Source of the DNA: Octopus vulgaris
Taxonomy: Eukaryota
Assembly (NCBI GenBank): GCA_951406725.2
Contig: OX597831.1
Coordinates: 65,348,001-65,412,000 of the forward strand
DNA length: 64,000 nucleotides
Reading direction: 5' to 3'
Below, in pieces: positions 13,620 to 26,652 of the stretch. How positions within the stretch are numbered: position 1 is the first letter of the stretch; every line of letters begins with the position of its first letter. The notes beneath the pieces were generated by a model. The model searched no databases. It was not told where the DNA came from and worked only from the letters and a program-made list of their open reading frames with translations. Position numbers and translations under genes: made by a program.

Positions 13620-15100
13620 ATGAATGCTTAATTCTGTTTGTGAAGCAGATTGAAATTCTTTTCATCCTGTCAGTTATTCTGAGATTCTTTGCTTATCTAA
13701 GAAAAGAAAAGACAGAATCAGGCTTCTTACTACAAAGTAACCTCTATGAAAGCAAGGAGTGTTACCAAATCAGTTATACCATATATGGGTGATTGACTAG
13801 ATCAAGACTTGTCTGTGCTTCACAAAAGAATCAATACAGCAACGAAAATGATTAACACTGGGGAACAAGCTAAAGATCAACCATGCTAGACTCTGGAGCA
13901 ACTTGGTACAACAGGATCCAAGTCTGTTATTGGAAATTTAAAGAAACAAATAACTGATGATGATAAGGTATTGCATGTAACTCAAGAATGCACTACAAAA
14001 TTTTCAATATTAGGAAAAGTGTAAACTTAGCCTGAATGAACACAATCTATTATTCATGGCCTGGAATACTAGGATCAAATTCTAATTCCTTAGTTGAGGC
14101 TATCTATCAATAAGCATTCAGTGCAATGCTTTAACTCTAAGCTTGATACAACCTGTCTCTGCCTTTCAGTTCATTAGCTCTTAAGTCAAACCAGTTGCTG
14201 CACGAAGCTGAAGGGCTTCTCTAAATGAGAGAATTCATTCATAAGAAGGGAGACAAAGATTGCAAACAAGACTGCATCATCCAGCCGGGTTATTCTTTGT
14301 AATGTTCATTGGTGTTCGTGGTCATAAATAGGAAGAAACGATCAGTAGTGGATTTCAGCCAAACTGTGAATTTGTCTACTTCTCTTGATGCTTACTCAAT
14401 GCCAAAGGTCAATGAAAATGTAAACAACCCAGACTTGAAAACTACTTACATCAGATGTTAATCATCTTGGATACAGAGCATCGTTATTCTGCTAATGGAA
14501 GACTCAAGCAATTCTATTGATTTCTGTTCAGTACCACCAAAGAATTGCGGGAACCATCGATAAAATCTACTAGATGTACTTGTGCTTGTGGCAACATTCA
14601 CCCTTGGCGGGTTGAGTCGGCTTCTTCCATCACCCTCGAGGCATTGTATTCGCCAATGAGAATTCATGGAAGAAGTTTCATGGGAATATGTGGATTTGAC
14701 AAGCGGTCCCCAACAATCCTGCATGTAGAGACATCCTGTTTGCTGCAGATTGTTCGCAGACGCAGGGGCAGAATGACCGAGGAGCTGCTGGTTGCCGAAA
14801 CAGACACTCTGAGGATTTTCTGCCAGGTTGTGGCCCTAATACCACTCGGTGTCAGACCAATCCGCCTTGGGTGGCCCTACCAGGAACCGAAGTTCCCGAC
14901 GGCATAGCTCTCTGACACTACCCGTTGTCAGCGTCCCCACCACGGTGAGGTGGGGATGGACTTTGGGGATGCAAGATGATACTTTAGCTTAAGTTGACAA
15001 CATTATATAAGCTGGAAACAGCTTGGATGAATATAAATTCTGACAAACTTCGTGAAGTTACAAAACAACTTAGTCTCACATTCGGTACGGAAGAGACTGT
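13620..15100 (+). mobile_element. Highly decayed Gypsy-like LTR retrotransposon pol remnant, interrupted by an RTE fragment
   Basis: LDSGA protease-like motif ~13885; KKRSVVDFSQTVNLSTSLDAYSMPKV...DLK at ~14330-14450; disrupted (Y)VDNI at ~14990. Confidence 0.55.
14570..14965 (-). mobile_element. 5' leader fragment of an RTE/BovB-like LINE
   Basis: Minus strand GAGCTATGCCGTCGG...CCTGGTAGGGCCACCCAAGGCGGATTGGTC resembles the recalled 5' block of RTE/BovB elements; GC-rich island. Confidence 0.6.
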
Positions 15101-16397
15101 ATGACATGTGAAATGCATGTAACTCTTATACAGCTTTTAAGCCTGACTTTGAACAAACCAAGTCTTCACTTCATATTTCACCTCTAGAATCATTGTAGGT
15201 CTTGTCTCTTATTATAATGGTTGTATATCTGGTTTCTCAAAATGAACAATCTCTCTAATACAGGCTGACTCTTTTCCATTAAACAGGGAAGAAATTGAAG
15301 TCTTTGAATCTCTTAAGTGGGGCATTGTTGATTCAGTATTATCTGTCATTGATGAATATGTTCCAGGTAGAAACAGGTGCTTCTGAATTTGCCATTTCTG
15401 TCTTCTCAGTTCCACTTATAAGGTATGGATTGATCGAAGGCTATAGAAAAGGGCATTTGCCCTATATCCCATGCAGTGGATCAAGCCAGAGACCTCATAG
15501 TTGTGAAATGAAGTTCTAAACTATTTTGCTATGCTTCACTTACACATAATATATATCTGCATATAACTAAGATAATTTAATCATGGTTGAAAGGCAAAAC
15601 TACCCTGCTAGCCCTTCCTTCCATGACCTGTTACATCTACTGATTTGGGTGAGTACTGTAGTACTCATTTAGACAAGCCTGTCCTGTATCCATCCATCCA
15701 TTCTACAAAAATACCAACAATCAGCTAGCTTAGCTTTGTGTGTGTGTGTGTGTGTGTGTGTGTTCATGACTGACTGCATATTCCACACATCTTTATAAAC
15801 AAAAGCTTTGCTGAAACTGAATGGAAAGGTGTATGCTACATGTGTACCAAGTGCCATGATATGTCACTTGTGAGATGTGATGCAAAAAGTAGGACAAAAT
15901 AGGGGGGGACTGTCATGGGGCCTGTAAAGCTAACTCTTCCTTAAGATATTGGCCTTAATGATCTCTAAGGATTTAGCTTAAGTCTTAGCAAAGAAGCTGG
16001 TGCTTATAGTTGGGAAAATGTAAGCCTCCATGACAGCCTCCACCTCCTGTGAAACATCTCATTCAGCTGATACTGCTGTGACTGGAGGCATGTAGGGAGA
16101 TTCTATTCAAAGTAGCATGCAGGAGAGCCATGTCAGGATATGCAAATGTCACCATCATATTAAACACCATGGAGATTGAGGTGGGTAATGTCTTTTTAAA
16201 GAAATACAGGGCATTAATTCACTCCTATGAGACAATGGACTTGCACCTTTATACTTAGAGAAGCAAGGGAAATATACTGACAGGCTGCTTAAGTTATTTA
16301 GGGGTCTGGTTCATTCCATTTCTGGTGGATAGAAACTTGGACAAGGTTCCAAGAAGTGTTGCTAGTTTCACTCAAAAATCGTGTGAGAGTGAGCTCT

Positions 16398-16622
16398 ACC
16401 TTTTAGTGTTTAAACTGGCCATATCCGGCCAAAATATTCTACCTATTTTGTGTTCAAACTTGTCAGATATGGTCATTCATAGCTACCTTATTGTGTCATT
16501 TTAAAAATAAACAATCACATCATTGAAATCTCAAAGCTATGAAATGATGCAAGATTAATTTTACATAGTGTGAATACATAAGCTTTACATTTGGCAGAAT
16601 AATCTGAATGCTAAAGGGTTAA
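16398..16622. mobile_element. piggyBac-type MITE, family B (also ~24790-25010, ~35631-35850, ~62440-62640)
   Basis: ~220-bp copies ending ...CTAAAGGG|TTAA with shared internal AAACAATCACATCATTGAAA. Confidence 0.7.
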
Positions 16623-17259
16623 AGCATGGGCAAAGTGATTATTGTGTGCACCACCTCTATTGTATATTACTGTTGTGCTTTGCCCCAGTTTTTGTTTGAC
16701 TAGATTGGTGCATCTCCTTTTCTTTCTGTAGATGTGTTCCACTGGTTAAAAGGTCCATCTTTTACCGACAGCCTCTGCTTGGCAGACTTAGTATTTTGTA
16801 GCTGCTGAAGTGTGAATGTGCAGAGATTCTTAGACAAGCAGCAAGTGTTGACACAGTTTATCATATAGAATTTCTCATGGACAGCCACTCTAAACTCCTT
16901 TGATATAGCATAAAGAACTGTAATGTATAGGAAGGGAGCTGAGAAATGCACAATGAATTCTTTGCCGAACCTGTTGCAAATTTACTTCTTGAGGGTGTCC
17001 TCGGGAAACCATCAGGTGGAGTGAGTCACATTATAAATTGCGACTTCCAAAATCAAAGTACCTGAGAGGGTTTTACCTTTTCAAAGCAGTAAACAGAGAT
17101 TCTTTTCAGTTAACTACTGATGACGTTCCATAAATTTTAGTTTTAACTTTACAAAATTTTACTGGAATGGTTAATGAAACCAAGGGAGAATACTCTCGAT
17201 CATTATAATATGAATAGTGAATATGTGGCCACTGTCGATGTCGCCTACTATATCCAAAA

Positions 17260-18928
17260 CTAGCAGTATAACCCGGCCTTGCCCAGGATTAAGTTACGAT
17301 TATTAAGCTAATCAAGTTCTTTATTTCAAACCAAACTAAGTAATATAGATGTCAAATTTGGGTGAAATCCGTTGAAATTAGTTATATTATATATATATAA
17401 TATAATACCTGTGTCGGTGGCACATAAAAACACCATCCGAAGACCCGGCAAGACTAGTCAGGCCATAACCCATGGCCCCTACCTGGGACGTAGTCAGTCC
17501 ACCTGTGCATACCTTCCTTCTTGTGACACTTGTGAAGACCTGTTGAGGCAAGTGAAAATCAAAATCAAAACAAATCAAAATAGATGAACATCAATGGAAT
17601 CTGTATCTTTGTGGTACCAGTGCCGGTGGCACACAAGAGAAAACCATCCGAAAGTGGCCGTAGCCAGTTCCGCATCGACTGGCCTCCGTGCTGTGGGCAC
17701 GTAACAAACACCATCCGATCATGGCCGTTCGCCAGCCTCATCTGGCACCTGTGTCGGTGGCACATAAAAACACCTTCCGAAGACCCGGCAAGACTAGTCA
17801 GTCCACCTGTGCATACCTTCCTTCTTGTGACACTTGTGAAGACCGGTTGAGGCAAGTGAAAATCAAATCAAATCAAATCAAAATAGACAAAATAGATGAA
17901 CATCAATGGAATTTGTATCTTGTGGTACCAGTGCCTGTGGCACACAAGAAATCCATCAGTGCTGTAGTCAGTGCGGTGGGCACATGACAAACACCATCCG
18001 ATCGTGGCCGTTCGCCAGCCTCATCTAGCACCTGTGTCGGTGGCACATAAAAACACCATCCGAAGACCCGGCAAGACTAGTCAGGACATAACCCATGGCC
18101 CCTACCTGGGACGTAGTCAGTCCACCTGTGCATACCTTCCTTCTTGTGACACTTGTGAAGACCTGTTGAGGCAAGTGAAAATCAAAACAAATCAAAATAG
18201 ATGAACATCAATGGAATTTGTATCCTTGTGGTACCAGTGCCGGTGGCACGTGGCACACAAGAAAACCATCCGAACGTGGCCGTAGCCAGTACCGCATCGA
18301 CTGGCCTCCGTGCTGTGGGCACGTAACAAGCACCATCCGATCGTGGCCGTTTTGCCAGCCTCATCTGGCACCTGTGTCGGTGGCACATAAAAACACCATC
18401 CGAGCGTGGCCGTCTGCCAGCCTCGTCTGGCACCTGTGTCAGTGGCACATAAAAAAACACCATCCGAACGTGGCCGTTTGCCAGCCTCGTCTGGCACCTG
18501 TGTCGGTGGCACATAAAATCACCCACTACACTCTCGGAGTGGTTGGCGTTAGGAAGGGCATCCAGCTGTAGAAACACTGCCAGATCTGACTGGACTGGTG
18601 CAGCTTTCGGGCTCCCCAGACCCCAGTTGAACCGTCCAACCCATGCTAGCATGGAAAGCGGACGTTAAATGATGATGATGATGATGATGATAAATATATA
18701 TGGGCAACAGACATGAACACACATACACACACGTACGTACACCTATTGCATGTTTTGTGCATGCATACATGTTCATAAACAGAAATGAATGGAAAAATGT
18801 TAAATTTGTAGATTAACACTCGCACGATTTTCACTAAAGTATATATACTATGATTATAAAATATAGTGTCTTTCAAAAACAAAAAACAAAATATTTTACA
18901 TTTTATTTTTTATGAACGTCATAACTTA

Positions 18929-18964
<36 letters not shown>

Positions 18965-19294
18965 TTCTCTCTCTCTCTTTCTCCCTCTCTCACTTTGTCT
19001 TTCCCGTGAAACTCTCTACCTCCTTCTTCCACTTTTCTTTATCTTATTATTTTTTTTTTGTTAGATGCCATCAAAAAAGCCAAGGCTGATATTTTTTGTG
19101 GCTAAAGGCTATGTTTGAAAATAGATATTTACGCTACCCACGGGTGCCTCGGGGGGAAAAAAATAAGTTGACAAAACCCAGATAGGATGTTGACAAATGT
19201 CCTCCTAAAATTGGAGCGACATGCGTGCTAATTTGTGGACGTGCATAAATTACAATCACACACACACACACACACACATCCTCCCTTTTATAGA
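17260..19294 (-). mobile_element. Helitron-like element split by a nested SINE cluster
   Basis: CTAG plus hairpin at 17260-17290; TC start near 19294; the SINE block 17405-18690 lies inside. Confidence 0.5.
17405..18690 (+). mobile_element. RTE-tail SINE with three tandem internal-domain duplications
   Basis: Block CCTGTGTCGGTGGCACATAAAAACACC..GAAGACCCGGCAAGACTAG..GAGGCAAGTGAAAATC restarts at ~17408, ~17748 and ~18030; single (GAT)n tail at ~18670. Confidence 0.85.
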
Positions 19295-19669
19295 TATGAT
19301 GACTGTCCCCAACAAGATTCTGAAACTGTGAGGCTAGCTGTTGGACTTTTTCTACTGATTCATAAAGCTTGGTAACATAGGGGACCCAAATCACAAGAGC
19401 CAAGAGGTTTCTCCAATTTGGGGATCACTTGATCACATGGTTCATTCGGGTCTTGCTGGATAATTCAAATTAACACAAGTCAGCAAATTTGCTGGATCAC
19501 TTATATATGTTGGCATTATTGTTTGTAGCTTGTAACTCAGTGGTTTGGCAAATAGATATTGATAAAGTACTAGACTGAAATAAATACTGGAGGTACTTAT
19601 GAGAATGCAGTGCTTTAGCATGGCCACATTTCATTGACTGAAAACACTGAAAAAAATGACATGAATCAG

Positions 19670-19885
19670 ATCATCATCATCGTTTAACGTCTGCTTTCCA
19701 TGCTAGCATGGGTTGGACGGTTCGATCGGGGTCTGGGAAGCCAGAAGGCTGCACCAGACTCCAATCTGATCTGGCAGTGTTTCTACAGCTGGATGCCCTT
19801 CCTAATGCCAACCACTCCGTGAGGGTAGTGGGTGCTTTTTACACGCAAACAGCCACGATCGGATGGTGCTTTTTACGTGCCAACA
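19670..19885 (-). mobile_element. RTE-tail SINE 3' fragment
   Basis: Family tail sequence, antisense to the 17405-18690 copy. Confidence 0.8.
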
Positions 19886-20100
19886 AATTATGTACTCATG
19901 CCATTAAAATATTCGTATTCTACATGTGAAAAGTATAAATCTTTGCATTCATTAGTGTTTAATTTCTCAGAACAATAAAGTATATTGACATCTTGATAAG
20001 AAAATACTCTGAAATGCTTTATCAACGTAACTTTCCTGCTCATAACATTGGAAAGGCATTTTAATAACTGTCCAACTACTTATTTGTTTTTTTACTTTAG

Positions 20101-20217
20101 CTTGCAATTGAACATGGCATAAAATTCATGGAAACCAGTGCTAAAGCCAGTATCAATGTAGAGGATGCCTTCTTTACTTTGGCTAGAGATATTAAAGCAA
20201 AAATGGACCGTAAAATG
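20101..20217 (+). CDS. RAB8: Rab8-type GTPase exon ([39 protein letters not shown])
   Basis: 117 nt, tttactttag/gtaagt, contains G5 motif ETSAK, phase 0/0. Confidence 0.97.
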
Positions 20218-20241
20218 GTAAGTTTTTGTGTAAATTTTTCT

Positions 20242-20670
20242 GGATCTTTTCGGTTTGAACAGCAGTTTTTTCTAGCGGTGTCATATGAAATTGTCACCCT
20301 TAATTATGACCCTAGTATCGATCTATTGCATTTCAATCTGTTTTAGGGTTATGGTTAGTTAGGGGTGGGGGGGAAGGGTATCTTTTTTTCTTCACAAATG
20401 TAAATAAACCCAATGTATTTCTTAAACGAGGGACATATTCATATGGCACAGATTGTTTTTTTACCTCAATAGACGTCAGTGATTGGTTGAAATTGCAGAA
20501 ATTGAAGAAAAAAAAACCCCAACAAATATCTTACAAACTATAGAGTTTTCTCAATAAAGCCAAGAGAAAAAAGATGTTTTATAAACACATTCTACCAGTA
20601 TACGAAGTTTAAATTTTTTTAGTTACCTAGAAATTATGTTAAAAACTGCCGTTCGAACCAAAAAGATCCC
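20242..20670. mobile_element. MITE with ~29-bp TIRs and 8-bp TSD
   Basis: GGATCTTTTCGGTTTGAACAGCAGTTTTT / AAAAACTGCCGTTCGAACCAAAAAGATCC; ATTTTTCT at 20234-20241 and 20671-20678. Confidence 0.85.
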
Positions 20671-22559
20671 ATTTTTCTCTTATGTTAAAGTTTATAAAGA
20701 CAAATTCATAATAATGATGCCCCAGTATGGCCATTGATAACTGGCTAAAAACGAGTAATTCTGTTAGAATTCCTATGATTGACTTTAAAAGAATGGCTGA
20801 TCATTGATAGAACTTGTTCTGTTTTGGTCTGTAAAATAATTTGTCAGGACATGATGCTATTTTAGCTGTTAGTTTTATTTAACTAAAGAAATATTCAAAA
20901 GCTTCCAAATGTTCTTTTTCTAACTGTTAGAAACCTTGTTTTGAAAGAAAATGATCAATAGAAGCTATGTTAAACTCAAATATTTTAGCACATATATAAT
21001 CCTTACACAGACTAAAATGATTACCCTTTACTAACAATTCTTATATTAATTCTATTTTTAGGAGAATAAGATAATGATTATAGAGTGTAAGAGGAATGAT
21101 GCAATTTGAGTTTGAAGAAATTAGCAATTAACAGTTGATATAAATAGTTGGAAAGGAAGAGTTTCACAACAATATTCTCTTCAAAAATGAGTGGTTGCAT
21201 GCAGTATTTTAGTATCAGTCTGTGAGACAATGAGATATTGGAATCATATTAGTAAATAGTTCAGAATTCATTGATTCATTATCAAGTATTTAGTGCTCAG
21301 TGGAGATTGAGTTGAATTGATTCCTTTTTCACTTTGAACTTTATTGTGCTATGTTACTACTACTTGAAATCTTTTCTAGACTTTACTTTTTTTTCATTCT
21401 TTTTGGGTTCATCTCTTGTATATCACCACTCAGTTTTTTTCTTTTTGGGTTCATCTCTTATATATCACCACTCAGTTTTTTTCTTTTCAATGAGACCTGA
21501 TTCCTATATTTTTTGCTCCTCTACATTTTACATATGGCCAGCCTGTGCCTAATTTTTACAATTTTTGTTGCCACAGGATTTTATATTCATTTAGTTTCTA
21601 TTGAATCTTGTGTAATTTCTATTATCATGCAGTATGAAGAGTGAGTTTGCATCTGTAACCTTTTATAATCTCTTAGAGGGGTGGAATCCCTTTCTCCTGG
21701 AGAGAGCTAGGAACACATTGTCCAAAATGTTCTTTTTCTGAAATGATCTTTCTAAAATGGTAGTGTTATTCAAGATGTATTTTTGTGAAGTTGTGCAATA
21801 CCTAGTGGCTCCCTCATTGGCTTGTTCCTTCGCATGAAGTTACTGCAGTTGGTGTTCATTTTGTAATTTTGAAGTTTGATTATTATAGAAAAAAACTTGA
21901 CAGAAAATGCATTGTACTAAGTTTTCAGGTCTTGGACTGGAAGGTGTTAAGCTTTCTACTTTTAAATCATAGTATCATTTCAGTTCAGATGAAGGATGCT
22001 TTTAGTGAAAATATACCACATGAATAACTCATAAACTCTTCATATAGCAAAAAGTTCTACTAAAATGTGATTACAATAGTTGCCTTTTTTATGAAATATA
22101 TATTAATTTTAAAAAAAAATTAATCTCTTTGTTTTAATCTTTGTTTTCCATCATTTGTGAGAAATTGTCAAAATTACACATAACATATTAGATATAAAAT
22201 TGTCAATATTGCACAGAAAAGATTAGATACAAAATTGTCAAAATTACACAAAAGATACAAACTTTTTAAGATGGTAAAAAAAAATATGAAAGAATTATTT
22301 CCCTTTGTTTTGTTATTGTTAGAAATTTCCCTGTACTATCCATATAATTTTGGATTTTATTATATTAATGGTTCAAAACGGTGACAGAAGAAAATCCTAC
22401 TTATGTCATCAAAATTTGATAAGCAACTATTTTCTAAATGTATTTTGTGATTAATGGGTAATGTTGCTGTCAGAATGGAAAATTTTGATATCACTTAATC
22501 ACATCCTAATCACAACAATCCTATCATTGAATTTGTTCAATAACAGAATTTTTTTCACT

Positions 22560-22835
22560 AGTTTTGTTTGTTCCTTCTTGAGCCATGCCTGGCTCATAAG
22601 GGCTGGTTTCCCGGTTTTTTGGTGTATAGGTCCATCGCAGGTGAGCTGCAAGATGCAGGAGGAAAGAGTGAGAGTAAGTTGTGGTGAAAGAGTCAGCAGA
22701 AGTTTCGCCATTACCTTCTGCCAGAGCCGCATGGAGCTTCGGTGTTTCGCTCATAAACACACACATCGTCTGGTCTGAGATTCAAACCTGCGATCCCTCG
22801 ACTGCGAGTCCACTGCTCTAACCACTAGACCATGT
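22560..22835 (-). mobile_element. tRNA-derived SINE (same family as 47708-48026), internally deleted
   Basis: Minus-strand head TGGTCTAGTGGTTAGAGCAGTGG...GGTTTGAATC and tail ...CTCAAGAAGGAACAAAC. Confidence 0.85.
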
Positions 22836-23469
22836 TTGCTGTAAATTTTGTATATTAAATCTGTAAAATAATTCCTTGATTAGCTAGCAGTCTCTTTGGT
22901 TGAGAGTCTGTAAAATTTGAGAAGGTGTAGTCATAATAGTTAGCCGTATGCTCAGAAATGGATTTTAATATAGTGGGACCCTAAGTTATAGGATCCAGTA
23001 GAGGCCCATTTGACAGTCGTAAATAGAAAGTAAAGCTGTGTAATAAGTGAAGTTTGCAAGATACAAATCTGTGTGTAGTGATTGAAAGAAACAGTATTCT
23101 CAGAATTTTAAACTTGTTTTTAATTATTCAGTTTCAAGATGTTTAACAAAAAGAAAATATTGGAAATTCATTCTTAGTAGGTTAAATAATTAAGAGTTAA
23201 TTTCTTGGAATAAAATATTCTTGTAATTACCAGAAAAGGAAGCGTTAATTTCAAGTTATAACATCATTAGTTCTGATAAAGCAATTTATAATTGACAAAA
23301 CATAAGAACTGCTAAAACATTACAACTGATGGAACCTCATGTAACAAAAAAAAAAAAAAAGCAGTAGTTAGGTAGCTTCTTTGAATCTTAGGCTTGAAAA
23401 TTACACATTGTATGTAAAAAGTTAATAAAATCATTATGGAACTACAATGAGCAACAATAAACAATGCCA

Positions 23470-23760
23470 CTGATTCTCACAATGTCAAGTGTTATGCCCC
23501 AAACGCTTTAATCTCTCTCTGGTGATACACCCTGATATTTGGAAGCATACCTCTAAGGTAATTGAAAGAACCATTAACAATAATGTTCTCCAACACCAGT
23601 ACAACTTCTTGAGAGCCAGATCCTCTGGAGACCTGCTCTCTTTTGTCACTCACCAGTGGACTCTCATAGCGAAAGCAATGTTGTTGCTCGAGAAAGCTTT
23701 TGAAAATGTCTGGCATGGAAATTTATCAAAACTTCCTGCTTTACGGGCTTCACTCATCTT
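23470..23760 (+). mobile_element. Jockey/CR1-group LINE RT fragment
   Basis: SKVIERTIN...QYNFLRARSSGDLLSFVTHQW...KAFENVWH resembles RT QYGFR..RSTGDLL..D.SKAFD.VWH. Confidence 0.65.
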
Positions 23761-25811
23761 TTAGTATAACTGGGGTCACCGTTCAAAGGCTGGCTCTTCT
23801 CTTCAGCACCTGAAAATATTTCATGCACCAACAGTTGTTGACACTCTGCAAGACTCAAGTGATGCCCACAATGGGATATTGGTCCCATGTCTAGGACACT
23901 GCTACTACTATGTACACAGTCATCTTGGACTGCATCCAAGACCACATGACCAACTGAAATTCAATCATAGAAATATGAGCCTCTCTCTTTGTCTTATTAA
24001 TCTCTACTATAATGGCTTCCAATAGTCTCAGCTCCTGACCAACTTGTCTTTCTACTTCTCATCACTCATGGTGCATCCAACTTCATTGCCCCCACTGTAC
24101 CCAGTCCTTTCTCCCCAGAACATTGGTCCTCTGGAACCTTGCCCCTGTTCATGTTTTTTCCCCCACAACAGTTTAAGTGGAACATAACTGGCATCAATCT
24201 CATTGGTATTTTAGGGCTTGCAAAGGTCATATGCAATGCTCCTTTCTCAAGGCTTAATAAATGCAGAAGAAAGTCACTTAAATAAACAAAATAAATAACT
24301 ATAATTATGTAATTATATTTGATAAAATTAATATTAAAATATTAATTCTTAAATATCAGATCTTTCAAGCTTGTGTAAATAATGATTTTTTTTTTTCAAT
24401 AATTGGGTCTTATTTGTTAATGTTAATTATTACTTAGGTTAAACCATTTCTTAAATACAAATTATGATACGTACTGTAACAAATGAAAAAATTCTGAAAT
24501 TTTTAAGTGTGTCCTTCCTGTCTGTAAGGTCCTAAACTGTAGCTTGTTTGATTTTTATCTAAACCCTAAAAGACAGTAAGTAAAGTAAAAACTGATGAAA
24601 CTTAATCTGTTGTAAGAAGAACAATTACCTAATTGGACAAACACTTCTTTTTGCTTTACTTTCCTTAAAACTAACAAAAATATTTTTGATAGATTTTTTT
24701 CCCCCTTTATATTCTTAATTTCCTTGAATTTATTCTTTGATTAATTTTTTAGAACTACAGTTTTATTAAACTGAAATCTATCTTTTTAACCCTTAAGTGT
24801 TTAAACCAGCCATGTCCGGCCCAAATATTCTACATGTTTTATATTCAAACTGGCGATATCTAGCCTCTCAGACCTAACCTACAATGCCATTCTAAAAATA
24901 AACAATCACATCATTGAAACCTCAAAAGCTATAAGACAATGCAGAATTAATTCAAAACAATTTGAATAAAAAAATATTACATTTAACAGAATAATCTGAA
25001 CACTAAGGTGTTAAAGTGTAACCTGCTTTCTAAGCTACAACTTTACTCATAGAAGTATACAACAGTTAAATCAATGGCAAGTTGAATTAAACACAAACTC
25101 TACAATGGCTAAAGATCAAGCCCAAGGGGATTCATTTTTAGAGGTAGTCTTAACTTAGATGTCCTGAAATTAATGCATGAGCAATTATAATTAGTCAATT
25201 TTACTGGTAGATAATTACAATGTTGCAAACTAATAAATATGAAATTTGTAGTTTCAGTTTCACTGAAAAAACTTCTGTGAGAATTTGGAGAAAATGCAGG
25301 ATACTTGGACTTAACTTTTTCCTGGCAGTTGAAGACTGTTTTCTCTGGGAACTTTTATATCTGATTATTTGGTTCTCGTTACAAAATCTGTCAAAGTTAC
25401 AGGAAGAGCCCCAATTATGGCAGCAACATAATATCTGGTCTGTGTTTAATATTTCTACTGTACTGATTTAAAAACCAATACGGCAGAGACCAAAGTGCTC
25501 GTTAGCAGCACAAAGTCAATGTAGTTAGTCTCTAGGGTATTAATCTGTTTGAAAGTTGGAATATAATGGGCTGAGAATGTTTGGGTATTGAAGCTATAAA
25601 CTAATATCTGCAGAAAAAAGAAATCAGTTCTGTTATGCAATGGAATGTTGGGTACTGGAGAAAATGGAATACTGAGAAATGTAGGAAGTGATGGTGACAT
25701 CAGATCTCATGATACTGAGGCTCACTGTTAAGATGAAAGACTACCATGAAAATTACTAAGCTTTGTAGCAGAACCTATCAACCTATACTAGCATGGGAAA
25801 ATTAAGATTAA

Positions 25812-26031
25812 CCCTTTCGTTACCAACCCGGCTGAAACTGGCTCTGGCTCTGAGTACAAATGTCTTGTTTTCATAAGTGTTGAATTAAAATTTTCCCCCA
25901 AACCTTAGCCACAAATTATGTTCCTAACTCTAGCTTAATGATAACTAAGTTATTTTACTAAATTCTTTGTTATATTAAAATTAATTGAAAGAAATGCAGA
26001 GCATCTCAAAATAAATACAGTAATGAAAGGG
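25812..26031. mobile_element. piggyBac-type MITE, family A
   Basis: TTAA|CCCTTTCGTTAC ... GTAATGAAAGGG|TTAA; close second copy at 37320-37540. Confidence 0.9.
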
Positions 26032-26652
26032 TTAAAGCAGTAATGATGGTAGAAATTGTTCAGTAACATTGGTTAAGAAAGAAAAGTATGATTTTTAAAA
26101 AAAATGGAAGCATTTTTTTATTTGAAAATCAGATTATTGAAAAGCTGTATTTGGAACAAAGTTGGCTATGAAATGTTTTAAAACTAAAATTACAACTTCA
26201 GTCCAAATGTTAAATACTATTCAAATATCAAAAGCAAGGCCCCCACTAAAATTAGAAATTAAATGAACAGTTTTGCATCTGACTTTTTTTCTCAGTTTTA
26301 TTTACGAGATCATTTCAATTTTATTAATGTTTTTCACAAGAAAAAAACAAAAAAAAAAAACCTACCATGGGCTCTTTGATATAAATTGCTACAACATTAA
26401 TTCTTTATCATTGACTCTTGATCAATCATTTCCAAGAAATCAACTCAGTGGTGTCAAACTCTGCTAACTTCCTGTCACAATTCTATATGCATCTATTAAT
26501 GTGGTTTGTACATCATGTCCATTATATATAACCTTTCAGATAACCTACGTGGATGTAATTATGTAATAAATTCTATCTATTTGAGCTTCTCTTTTTTCAC
26601 AATATGCTTCTGTTTTCATTCTGTTTCTAATTCAAAGATCTTTGTATTTCAG

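Noticed and set aside
11787-13665. Long 200-400 aa repeat ORFs, or a CRISPR-like array
   Set aside because: They arise from a 63-bp (3n) stop-poor tandem unit open on both strands; there are no unique spacers or cas genes, and the context is a eukaryotic intron
21398-21485. ~43-bp direct duplication
   Set aside because: Simple local tandem duplication in an intron with no functional cue
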